DNA from: Opitutales bacterium
GTDB taxonomy: Bacteria > Verrucomicrobiota > Verrucomicrobiia > Opitutales > JABSRG01
Assembly: GCA_049599475.1 (NCBI GenBank)
Contig: JBMYOQ010000012.1
Location: 24,089 to 88,088 of the forward strand
Direction of reading: 5' to 3'
Length of the DNA: 64,000 nt
Below the pieces are notes generated by a model, which saw only the letters and a program-made list of their open reading frames with translations, made no database searches and was not told the origin of the DNA. Shown here in pieces: positions 10,203-18,641 of the stretch; position 1 is the stretch's first letter, and every line of letters starts with the position of its first letter. The position numbers and the translations under genes were made by a program.

Positions 10203-11235
10203 GGCACAACAGTATCGTATCGGAATCGTAGGAGCTACCGGAGCAGTCGGTAAAGAGCTTCTCGAATTACTAATCGAACGGGCGTTTCCGGCCAAGGAAA
10301 TTCGCCTGTATGCTTCTGCGCGCTCAGCAGGAAAAACGATCGAGCATTCTGGTAAAACGTACACGATCGAGGAGACGACTCCTGAGATTTTTGCTGATAT
10401 CGATATCGCTATCTTCAGTGCCGGATCTTCTATTTCCAAAGATCTCGCTTGGGAAGCAGCGCAGCGCGACTGTGTCGTGATCGATAATAGCTCGGCGTTC
10501 CGTATGGATCCACGGTGTCCGTTGGTGGTTCCGGAAGTGAATCCGTTTGCTGCCAAAGACCACCAGGGGGTGATTGCGAATCCGAATTGTTCAACGGCGA
10601 TTACCTTGATGGGGCTGTATCCGCTCCACGAGGAGTTTGGGTTGATTCGCTATTTTGCCTCGACCTATCAGTCCGCCTCTGGGGCCGGTGCGCCGGGAAT
10701 GGCTGAGCTGGAGGCCCAGGCGAAAAGCTGGGTTCAGGGTGAAGAGATCAAGGTAGATGCTTTTGCGCATCAGTTACTTTTCAACCTCATCCCGCATGTG
10801 GATGTCTTCCAGGAAAATGGCTATACCAAGGAAGAGATGAAATTTGTGAACGAGAGCCGAAAAATTCTCGATTTCCCAAATCTCCGGGCTTCTTCGACAT
10901 GTGTGCGGGTGCCGGTTTTGCGGGCTCACTCGATCGCGGTTCAAGCCGAGTTTGAAAAACCGGTCGACGTGCAGCGTGCTCGGGAGGTGATTGCCGAGTT
11001 TGAGGGATCAGAGCTTATCGATGAGCCAGAGAATTTGAGCTATCCTATGCCCTTGGATTATGCCGCGAAGGTTCCTTGTGGTGTGGGACGGATCCGTAAG
11101 GATTTGGCTTTTGATAATGGCCTATCGTTTTTCGTGGTCGGTGACCAGCTCTGGAAGGGGGCAGCATTGAATGCGGTGCAAATCGCAGAATTGCTCGTCG
11201 AGCGTGAATGGCTCAGCCCGATCGCAGTAGGCTAG
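10201..11235 (+). CDS. asd: Aspartate-semialdehyde dehydrogenase
   Basis: VGATGAVG, DNSSAFRM, ANPNCST, TYQSASGAG, CVRVPV, KGAALNAVQIAE. Confidence 0.95.
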   Translation: MAQQYRIGIVGATGAVGKELLELLIERAFPAKEIRLYASARSAGKTIEHSGKTYTIEETTPEIFADIDIAIFSAGSSISKDLAWEAAQRDCVVIDNSSAFRMDPRCPLVVPEVNPFAAKDHQGVIANPNCSTAITLMGLYPLHEEFGLIRYFASTYQSASGAGAPGMAELEAQAKSWVQGEEIKVDAFAHQLLFNLIPHVDVFQENGYTKEEMKFVNESRKILDFPNLRASSTCVRVPVLRAHSIAVQAEFEKPVDVQRAREVIAEFEGSELIDEPENLSYPMPLDYAAKVPCGVGRIRKDLAFDNGLSFFVVGDQLWKGAALNAVQIAELLVEREWLSPIAVG

Positions 11236-11261
11236 TCTGTAATTGTCCTGAAATTTGAAAA

Positions 11262-11297
11262 TTACACTGCGGCGTTGCAACTTACGCCTCAGTGTAA
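11262..11297. promoter_or_regulatory. Inverted repeat between asd and uvrB (terminator or operator)
   Basis: TTACACTGCGGCGT - 8 nt - ACGCCTCAGTGTAA (13/14 complementary), 12 nt before the uvrB GTG. Confidence 0.55.
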
Positions 11298-11309
11298 ACT
11301 TTCGTAGTC

Positions 11310-13328
11310 GTGAAGTTTGACCTTGCTGCCGACTACCTGCCCACTGGGGACCAACCTCAAGCGATTGATTCAATTGTGAAGTCCATCCAGGAGGGGAACC
11401 GCTATCAGACCCTTCTGGGAGTAACCGGTTCTGGTAAAACCTTCACCATGGCCAATGTGATCCAAAAGCTGCAGCGGCCGGCTTTGATTATTTCTCATAA
11501 TAAGACTCTGGCTGCGCAGTTGTATTCAGAATTTAAGGCCTTTTTTCCGAACAACGCTGTCGAATATTTTGTAAGCTATTACGATTACTACCAGCCGGAA
11601 GCCTACGTGCCCGCGACGGATACTTATATAGAAAAGGATTCCTCGATAAACGACGAGATCGAGCGACTGAGAATCGCTGCCTCGAGTTCCTTGATTAGCC
11701 GTAAAGACGTCATCGTGATCGCGAGTGTCTCCTGTATCTACGGCTTGGGTTCGCCAGAAGACTTTCGTGAGATGATGATTCCTCTGAAAACGGGAGACCA
11801 GCGACCGCGCGATGCCTTCTTGCAATCGCTTGTCGAGATTCTCTATGAGCGCAACGATATTGATCTGAAGCGCGGCACCTTCCGTGTGAGAGGCGAGGTA
11901 GTCGACGTCTTTCCTGCATACATGGAGAGCGCCATACGGGTTGAATTCTGGGGAGACGAAATTGAGATGATCCGTGCGCTCGATCCGTTGACGGGAGAAC
12001 TTGGAGAAAGCTATGAGGAGTTTCGCCTGTATCCTGCAAATCAGTACATTACGCCACGCCGTAAACTAGACGTGGCGATCAAAGCGATACGAAAGGAGCT
12101 CGAAAAGCGTGTCTCCGAGTTGGAGAAAAAGAATCTTCTCCTCGAAGCTCAACGCATTCGAATGCGGACGGAGTACGACATTGAACTCCTACAGGAAATG
12201 GGATTCTGCAGTGGCATTGAGAATTACTCGATGCACCTGAGTGGCCGCAAACCGGGGGATCGGCCTTGGTGCTTGGTCGATTTTTTCCCGAAAGACTTTG
12301 TCCTGATGGTCGATGAAAGCCACGTGACAGTCCCGCAAATTCACGGTATGTATCATGGAGATCGCTCGCGCAAGCAGCGTCTCGTTGATTTTGGGTTCCG
12401 TTTACCCTCGGCTATGGATAACCGCCCGCAGACCCCAGAGGAGTTTGATAGTATTACGAATCAAACTCTCTATGTTTCGGCGACCCCAGCTGAATTAGAG
12501 CTGGAGCGCTCTGAGCTGGTGGCTGAACAAGTGATACGTCCGACAGGCCTAGTGGATCCCAGCATGGATATCCGTCCGATCAAAGGACAGGTAGAGGACT
12601 TGATGGGAGAGATCAAGAAGTCGGTCGAAGCGAATGAGCGCATCCTTGTCACTACGCTTACCAAGCGCATGTCTGAAGACCTCAGTGATTATCTGCGCGA
12701 GGCAGGGATTCGCGTCGAGTATCTGCACTCGGATAATGATGCTATTGAACGCATTGAGATTTTGCGGAAATTACGCCGAGGAGACTTCGATGTACTTGTA
12801 GGGGTCAACCTATTACGTGAAGGTTTGGATCTTCCAGAAGTGGCGCTGGTTGCCATACTAGACGCGGATAAAGAAGGATTCCTTCGTAGTGAAACGAGTA
12901 TTATTCAGACTGCGGGTCGAGCCGCGCGTCACGAGAAAGGACGCGTCATTTTGTATGCAGATGTTATGACACGCTCCATCACAAGATCGCTCGCGGTGAT
13001 AAATAAACGGCGGGAAAAACAGCTAGCCTATAACAAGGAGCATGGGATCACTCCGAAATCGGTGAAGCGGGGCGATCAGCAAAGTTTACATGTTGGGCAG
13101 AAAGATGCAGAGCCGATGGAAGCAGTTGCTGAGGACATCGAGGATATCCCCGGTTTGATTGCTGAACTTGAGGAAGAAATGCTCGAGGCATCCAGGGCTT
13201 TAGAGTTTGAAAGAGCCGCCGTTATACGAGACCAGATTGAGGGTCTGAAATCGGGCTCTTACAAAAACTCCGCCGGCGGCAAGTCTAAGGGCTCTCGTGG
13301 GCGCAAACGTTATCGGCCCCGCAATTGA
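11310..13328 (+). CDS. uvrB: Excinuclease ABC subunit UvrB
   Basis: GVTGSGKT, FVSYYDYYQPEAY, DESH, NLLREGLD, C-terminal UVR domain. Confidence 0.98.
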   Translation: MKFDLAADYLPTGDQPQAIDSIVKSIQEGNRYQTLLGVTGSGKTFTMANVIQKLQRPALIISHNKTLAAQLYSEFKAFFPNNAVEYFVSYYDYYQPEAYVPATDTYIEKDSSINDEIERLRIAASSSLISRKDVIVIASVSCIYGLGSPEDFREMMIPLKTGDQRPRDAFLQSLVEILYERNDIDLKRGTFRVRGEVVDVFPAYMESAIRVEFWGDEIEMIRALDPLTGELGESYEEFRLYPANQYITPRRKLDVAIKAIRKELEKRVSELEKKNLLLEAQRIRMRTEYDIELLQEMGFCSGIENYSMHLSGRKPGDRPWCLVDFFPKDFVLMVDESHVTVPQIHGMYHGDRSRKQRLVDFGFRLPSAMDNRPQTPEEFDSITNQTLYVSATPAELELERSELVAEQVIRPTGLVDPSMDIRPIKGQVEDLMGEIKKSVEANERILVTTLTKRMSEDLSDYLREAGIRVEYLHSDNDAIERIEILRKLRRGDFDVLVGVNLLREGLDLPEVALVAILDADKEGFLRSETSIIQTAGRAARHEKGRVILYADVMTRSITRSLAVINKRREKQLAYNKEHGITPKSVKRGDQQSLHVGQKDAEPMEAVAEDIEDIPGLIAELEEEMLEASRALEFERAAVIRDQIEGLKSGSYKNSAGGKSKGSRGRKRYRPRN

Positions 13329-13330
13329 TT

Positions 13331-13357
13331 TTTTACAAATTTTACAAGTTTTACGAA
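13331..13357. repeat. 9-bp-period triplet repeat
   Basis: TTTTACAAA TTTTACAAG TTTTACGAA directly after the uvrB stop. Confidence 0.6.
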
Positions 13358-13403
13358 TTGAGTTGCAAGTAGTTTAAAACTTATTGATTTTGGATTATCA
13401 TTT

Positions 13404-14114
13404 ATGAGCGAACACCCTTTGGCGCTAGTAACCGGAGCAAATCGAGGCCTTGGGCTCGAATTCACGCAGCAACTCTTGCGTCGAGCGTATCGCGTTGTGG
13501 CCACCTGCCGGAGCCCTGATAGCGCAACAGAACTACGTCGCATTCGGCAGTCATTCCCGAAGCAACTCGAGATATTGACTCTGGAAGTGGACGATGCCGA
13601 CGATCGAAAAAGCCTCTATGCTTATTTCCGCCAGACGCATTCAGTCATCGACCTATTGATAAATAATGCCGGTATCGCGCATTGGGATACGTTCAAAGAC
13701 TTTTCTGAGGAGAAAATTATGGAGTCGATTCGGGTAAATGCCATGGCTCCGCTGATGATTACGCGCGATATGTTGCCTTTCCTAGAGCGCTCGCGTAATC
13801 CTCGGGTTGCGATGATCACATCGCGAGTCGGGAGCATGCAAATGACTAAGGACACAGGTTTCAAAGGCTTTGCTTATCCCATGAGCAAAGCGATTTTGAA
13901 TATGGCTGGAGTTCAGCTCTCCGAGGCTCTGCGGAATAAAAAGATATCGGTCTTCATGCAAAGCCCAGGCTGGGTGCGCACTGATATGGGCGGCCCGGAA
14001 GCGACGAGCAGTGTCTCAGAATCAGTCAGGTCGATGCTCGAAATATTCGAGAAAATCACACCGAAACAAACTGGGTGCTTTTTCTCCGAGACGGGTGATG
14101 TCCTGAATTGGTAG
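13404..14114 (+). CDS. Short-chain dehydrogenase/reductase (CsgA-like)
   Basis: TGANRGLG, NNAG, YPMSK, PGWVRTDMGG. Confidence 0.9.
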   Translation: MSEHPLALVTGANRGLGLEFTQQLLRRAYRVVATCRSPDSATELRRIRQSFPKQLEILTLEVDDADDRKSLYAYFRQTHSVIDLLINNAGIAHWDTFKDFSEEKIMESIRVNAMAPLMITRDMLPFLERSRNPRVAMITSRVGSMQMTKDTGFKGFAYPMSKAILNMAGVQLSEALRNKKISVFMQSPGWVRTDMGGPEATSSVSESVRSMLEIFEKITPKQTGCFFSETGDVLNW

Positions 14115-14164
14115 TCTCTGCGAAATAGAGTGCAAATTTCCTGGGGCGTTGTCAGCCTCATGGG

Positions 14165-15037
14165 ATGACGACTTTCAAAAAAATTGTGACCCACCCGGGA
14201 GGGGCTCACAAAGACGAATTTTTGGCGTGTGCGCTATTGATCGCAGAGCATGGAACCCCTGTTTTACGGAGGGATCCTGATGAATCCGATCTGTCTGATC
14301 CTGAAATTGCGGTAGTCGATGTGGGCCACCGTCACGAGCCCGAGCTTGGAAATTTCGACCATCATCAATTTCCCAGAGATGCTGAACCTAGCTGCGCGCT
14401 GTCATTGGTCCTCCAATATTTAAATTTGTATGAGGACGCCTGTGCGTTTTGCGAGTGGCTTGAGCCGGCAGAGTGGTTTGACTGTCGTGGAGCCATTCGT
14501 ACCGCAGAGTGGCTTGGAGTGGAGCGTGATGTGATGTTTAAGCTCAACTCTCCGATTGATTTTACCGTGCTCAAACGCTTCGCTGCTGGGTCGGAATGGA
14601 AGCCAGGCGATGTCATCTGGGAGATGATGCGTATGATCGGGGAAGATTTGCTTACCTACATTCGAGGCATGCGCGAGCGAGTGGATGGGTTCGGCCAATA
14701 CGCGAGAATTGAGGGAATCCAAATGCCCGATCAGGCCGACGCGAAAATTATCTATATCGGACGCTCAGACACACTCCCAGAGGATGCGACCCAAGGACTC
14801 AGCTTCTACCTCAAGGAACAAGGAATTGAAGACTCGGTGGTAGCGATCATCTCTCCAGACAGCCGAGGGGAGGGCTATGGTATGCGTCGGTACGAGGACC
14901 ACCCAAAGATCGACTTCAATCGTATTGCGGATCAACCAGATGCACATTTCGTCCACAAAAGTGGCTTCCTGGCCAAAGTCACGGCTACCGAGAAGAGTCG
15001 ACTTTTGGAGCTGCTCCATATGGCCGTTGTGAGCTAA
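14165..15037 (+). CDS. MYG1 family metal-dependent hydrolase/exonuclease
   Basis: THPGGAHKDE, VVDVG, FDHHQ, C-terminal FVHKSGF. Confidence 0.8.
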   Translation: MTTFKKIVTHPGGAHKDEFLACALLIAEHGTPVLRRDPDESDLSDPEIAVVDVGHRHEPELGNFDHHQFPRDAEPSCALSLVLQYLNLYEDACAFCEWLEPAEWFDCRGAIRTAEWLGVERDVMFKLNSPIDFTVLKRFAAGSEWKPGDVIWEMMRMIGEDLLTYIRGMRERVDGFGQYARIEGIQMPDQADAKIIYIGRSDTLPEDATQGLSFYLKEQGIEDSVVAIISPDSRGEGYGMRRYEDHPKIDFNRIADQPDAHFVHKSGFLAKVTATEKSRLLELLHMAVVS

Positions 15038-15042
15038 GGAAT

Positions 15043-15121
15043 GTCTACGAACGACTCGAAACTCACGAAGGCCTATCCACAACAAGTGGATCCTCTCGTG
15101 CTTATAGTGTGGTTCTTGGAC
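15043..15121. repeat. 79-bp imperfect palindrome (family C), copy 1
   Basis: GTCTACGAACGACTCGAAACTCACGAAG...CTCGTGCTTATAGTGTGGTTCTTGGAC; reverse complement matches 23520-23598 at 52/79 positions without gaps (hand count). Confidence 0.75.
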
Positions 15122-15177
15122 TACTCAATTTCATCCTCACCTTCTTGATCCATCGCGATTCTTTACGATGGTGTGAG

Positions 15178-16389
15178 ATGTCATCATTCACGCCATCGCG
15201 GACAGCAGGATTAGAGCGCCTTGAGGCGTTTCTCCCGCGAGCGGGCGAGACCTATGCGAAGCAGCGGAATTACGACAACGGTCCAGGGAATCACGATTTT
15301 GTTTCCTCACTGTCTCCATGGCTTCGAGTCCGCAGTATCAGCGAGCAGGAGGTTGTGGAGTCGGTTTTGCAGCATCATTGCTTGTCTAGAGCGGAGAAAT
15401 TCATCCAAGAAGTCATCTGGCGTACGTATTGGAAAGGGTGGCTGCAACAGCGCCCATCTGTATGGGACGAATACGAAGATACCCTGGACGATTTGCGTTC
15501 AGTGTGGGAAAGGCGCGGCGAGTATCAGCGGGCTATCGAGGGTTCAACTCGGTTTAATAGCTTCAACACATGGGCGCGTGAACTGCGAGAAACAGGATAT
15601 CTTCACAATCACGCACGGATGTGGTTTGCTAGCATTTGGATACATACTTTGAAGCTGCCCTGGGAGATGGGTGCAGCTTTTTTTCTACAACATCTCCTGG
15701 ATGGAGACTGCGCCTCGAATACCTTGAGTTGGCGCTGGGTTGCGGGCATTCAAACACGGGGAAAGGCCTACTCTGCAAGTGCCGATAATATACAGAAATA
15801 CACGAACGGTCGTTTGGGTGCGGGAGAGAGATTTGCGCAGGTTGACCTGTCTGATCAAGTGCTCGTGGAGCATCCGGATGCCCTGGAACTGAAAGAGCTC
15901 GAAATTCCAAGAATAGAGCCCAACACCTGTCTGATTGTCACGGATGATGATGTGCGCTCATTTGAGTTGTTGGAGGAAATTGAAAACCTACATTGCGTGT
16001 TAGGACTCTTCCCAAACGACTCATATCAGAGGCATGGTGTGAGTGATCGTGTGAAATCCTTTAGGAAGCAATCGATCCAAGACTCACTCGAATCGATTGC
16101 TTTGCCCGAATCGCGGAAGGTGTATTTTGAATTGGACGCCAAAATGAGCGCCGCAATGGATTTTCTGAAATCAAGAGAAGTGACAAACGTAATTGTGACG
16201 GAGCCTTATGTCGGCTTTTGGACTTCGGAATTTTCCGAACTGAAGGCAACTATCGAGGCTCAAGGAATCGAAGTGACATCTTTTCGAAGGCCCTGGGATG
16301 ACTGGTTTTTTCCGCATTGCAAACGTGGTTTCTTTAATTTGAAAAAACTGATTCCCAAAATCCTAAAACAGCGTCTCCGCAATACCTAG
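15178..16389 (+). CDS. Short photolyase with N-terminal FAD-binding domain (NewPHL/SPL-like)
   Basis: Starts directly with the catalytic region (YAKQRNYD, VSSLSPWL, KFIQEVIWRTYW, GYLHNHARMWFASIW, LLDGDCASNTLSWRWVAG), then a C-terminal alpha/beta-like region. Confidence 0.8.
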   Translation: MSSFTPSRTAGLERLEAFLPRAGETYAKQRNYDNGPGNHDFVSSLSPWLRVRSISEQEVVESVLQHHCLSRAEKFIQEVIWRTYWKGWLQQRPSVWDEYEDTLDDLRSVWERRGEYQRAIEGSTRFNSFNTWARELRETGYLHNHARMWFASIWIHTLKLPWEMGAAFFLQHLLDGDCASNTLSWRWVAGIQTRGKAYSASADNIQKYTNGRLGAGERFAQVDLSDQVLVEHPDALELKELEIPRIEPNTCLIVTDDDVRSFELLEEIENLHCVLGLFPNDSYQRHGVSDRVKSFRKQSIQDSLESIALPESRKVYFELDAKMSAAMDFLKSREVTNVIVTEPYVGFWTSEFSELKATIEAQGIEVTSFRRPWDDWFFPHCKRGFFNLKKLIPKILKQRLRNT

Positions 16390-16390
16390 T

Positions 16391-17092
16391 ATGGAACCGG
16401 TGGTTATGTATCAGCGCTGGGAGTCCTTGCTCTTTTTGCATTGGAAATTCCCAGCGGATCAGATTCAAGGAACGCTGCCTCCTGGTCTCACGGTAGATAC
16501 CTTTGAGGGTAATGCATATGTGGGTGTCGTGCCTTTCCTGATGCGTGGAATTCGGCCTCGATTCTTGCCCTCAGTGCCCGGCATTTCTGATTTTCTTGAG
16601 CTGAATTTGAGAACCTACGCAAAGGACACTCAGGGGCGACCCAGCGTTTGGTTTTATTCCTTGGATGCAAATCAGTCGTTATCTGTATGGGTCGCACGAA
16701 AGCTGTTCAACCTACCGTATTATCGGGCTGAAATGAAGTATTGGATCGATGGATCAGGGTGCGAACGATTTACATCCGAGAGGCCTGGTAGCCCAGAGCA
16801 AATATTTGAATATAAATCGGTTTCAAGTCCCACTCTTGCTCAGCCTGGGAGTCTCAGCCATTTTCTAGTCGAACGCTATAGTTTGTATGCATATAAGCCA
16901 GAAGAGAAACGGCTGCTGCGGGGTACTATACAACATGAGCCGTATCGGTTGAGCCATGTAGAATTAGCGGCTTATAGTCCTGAACTGTTTAGTCTAAATG
17001 GGCTCAAGTGCCCGGACCGAGACCCCGATCATGCTGTTCTCGCGGAGCCGGTGAATGTCAGGATTTATCCGATGAGAAAGGTAGCTGCATGA
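16391..17092 (+). CDS. DUF2071/YqjF family protein
   Basis: MYQRWESLLFLHW, VGVVPF, ELNLRTY, WFYSLDA, FLVERY, HEPY. Confidence 0.85.
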   Translation: MEPVVMYQRWESLLFLHWKFPADQIQGTLPPGLTVDTFEGNAYVGVVPFLMRGIRPRFLPSVPGISDFLELNLRTYAKDTQGRPSVWFYSLDANQSLSVWVARKLFNLPYYRAEMKYWIDGSGCERFTSERPGSPEQIFEYKSVSSPTLAQPGSLSHFLVERYSLYAYKPEEKRLLRGTIQHEPYRLSHVELAAYSPELFSLNGLKCPDRDPDHAVLAEPVNVRIYPMRKVAA

Positions 17093-18636
17093 ATGCTCGA
17101 GACGCAGAGACCGCTGTCGTTTGGTTTAAGCGAGATCTTCGCGTGTATGATCATCGTGCACTCGCGGAGGCTGCGAGCCGTTATAAGTCGATCATACCGG
17201 TGTATTGCCGTGAACCGTCGATTCGCAGTCTTCCTGATTTTGGAGTGCGTCACGACGTGTTCATCGAATCAAGCCTTTCAGATCTACAGCATGAGTTGCG
17301 TTCTCGAGGGAGTGATTTATTGATATTGGATATGGAGGTGATTGATGCCTTCCGGTGGCTTTTTAAAAAAACGCCCTTTGCGGCAGTCTTCGCGCATGAA
17401 GAAACGGGCAACTTGGCGACTTTTGAGAGAGACAAAACCATCATAAAATGGTGCCGAAGCAACGGAGTGCGTCTCCATGAATATTACCAGAACGGAGTTC
17501 AGCGGGGGTTGAAACAGCGCTATGGATGGGCTCGGGTATGGCATCAACGCATGCATGAGCAAATGATACCTGCGCCAGCGACGCTCCCGAGTATTCCTGG
17601 CCCGCTGAAAGAGATTACGGCTGCACTCCGTCGGGGGACTCAAGAAAATGTATACGAGCGAGGAGGTCGCACTGCAGGCCTGCAAGTTTTGAATACATTT
17701 TTGCTGAGTCGGGGTAGGGCCTACCATCGGGAAATGTCGAGCCCATTGACCGCTGAGAACAGTTGTTCGCGGCTATCCAGCTATATCAGCTATGGATGCC
17801 TCTCGATGCGCGAAATTGTTCAAGCCGCTGAGGCTCGAAAATTACAAATTCGAACAGAGGGCGGGGACGGCTATACCCAGCGCGCGCTGACGAGCTTTTT
17901 ATCCCGTTGTCACTGGCATTGTCATTTTATGCAAAAGCTCGAACTAGAGCCAGCGATCGAAACTAAATGTTTTAACCGAGCGTGCGAGACCTTGCGAGAG
18001 CGTGGAACTCGGACAGACCTTCTCGAACAGTTCCAAGCAGGTCAAACGGGCTATCCTTTTCTTGATGCATGTATTCGGTTTTTAGATGCAAAGGGGTGGA
18101 TAAATTTTCGTATGCGTGCGATGATTACGTCCTTTGCCGCATATAACCTCTGGATCGACTGGCGCGATTTCAAGGATTGGTTGGCGTGTCAGTTTCAGGA
18201 CTACGAACCGGGCATTCATTACAGCCAGCTCCAGATGCAGAGTGGCGTGACAGGGATTAATACGCTGCGCATCTACAATTTGGTCAAGCAGGGCCTTGAT
18301 CAAGATCCCCAGGGGCAATTCATTCGCCGTTGGGTGCCTGAGTTGGCGAAGCTTCCGGATGTCGGTATTCATGAGCCTTGGAAGCTGCCACAAGCAAGTC
18401 TTCAGCAGGCGGGAGTGAAACTGGGAAATACTTATCCACTTCCGATCGTGGATCTTAAGGAAAGCTCACGTTTGGCGAAATCTAAGTTTTCCGAGGTGCG
18501 CCGAAATCCCTTGTTTTGGGAAGAAAGCGAACGCGTTCAGCGCATGCACGGAAGTCGCAAGAGGCAACCCGATCGCAGGCGTGCGAAACCGAAACTGTCG
18601 GATAACGAACAAATGGAACTTTCTTTGGAAGGGTAA
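17089..18636 (+). CDS. Cryptochrome/DNA photolyase family protein, canonical domain order
   Basis: VVWFKRDLRVYDH, CSRLSSYISYG, HWHCHFMQKLE, TGYPFLDAC, INFRMRAM, DYEPGIHYSQ, DPQGQFIRRWVPEL; ATGA overlap with the upstream gene. Confidence 0.9.
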   Translation: MNARDAETAVVWFKRDLRVYDHRALAEAASRYKSIIPVYCREPSIRSLPDFGVRHDVFIESSLSDLQHELRSRGSDLLILDMEVIDAFRWLFKKTPFAAVFAHEETGNLATFERDKTIIKWCRSNGVRLHEYYQNGVQRGLKQRYGWARVWHQRMHEQMIPAPATLPSIPGPLKEITAALRRGTQENVYERGGRTAGLQVLNTFLLSRGRAYHREMSSPLTAENSCSRLSSYISYGCLSMREIVQAAEARKLQIRTEGGDGYTQRALTSFLSRCHWHCHFMQKLELEPAIETKCFNRACETLRERGTRTDLLEQFQAGQTGYPFLDACIRFLDAKGWINFRMRAMITSFAAYNLWIDWRDFKDWLACQFQDYEPGIHYSQLQMQSGVTGINTLRIYNLVKQGLDQDPQGQFIRRWVPELAKLPDVGIHEPWKLPQASLQQAGVKLGNTYPLPIVDLKESSRLAKSKFSEVRRNPLFWEESERVQRMHGSRKRQPDRRRAKPKLSDNEQMELSLEG

Positions 18637-18641
18637 TTAAA

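Noticed and set aside
10203..10556. N-terminal extension of the 300-aa LDT ORF
   Set aside because: Lies antisense to the conserved asd N-terminus; not credible as coding
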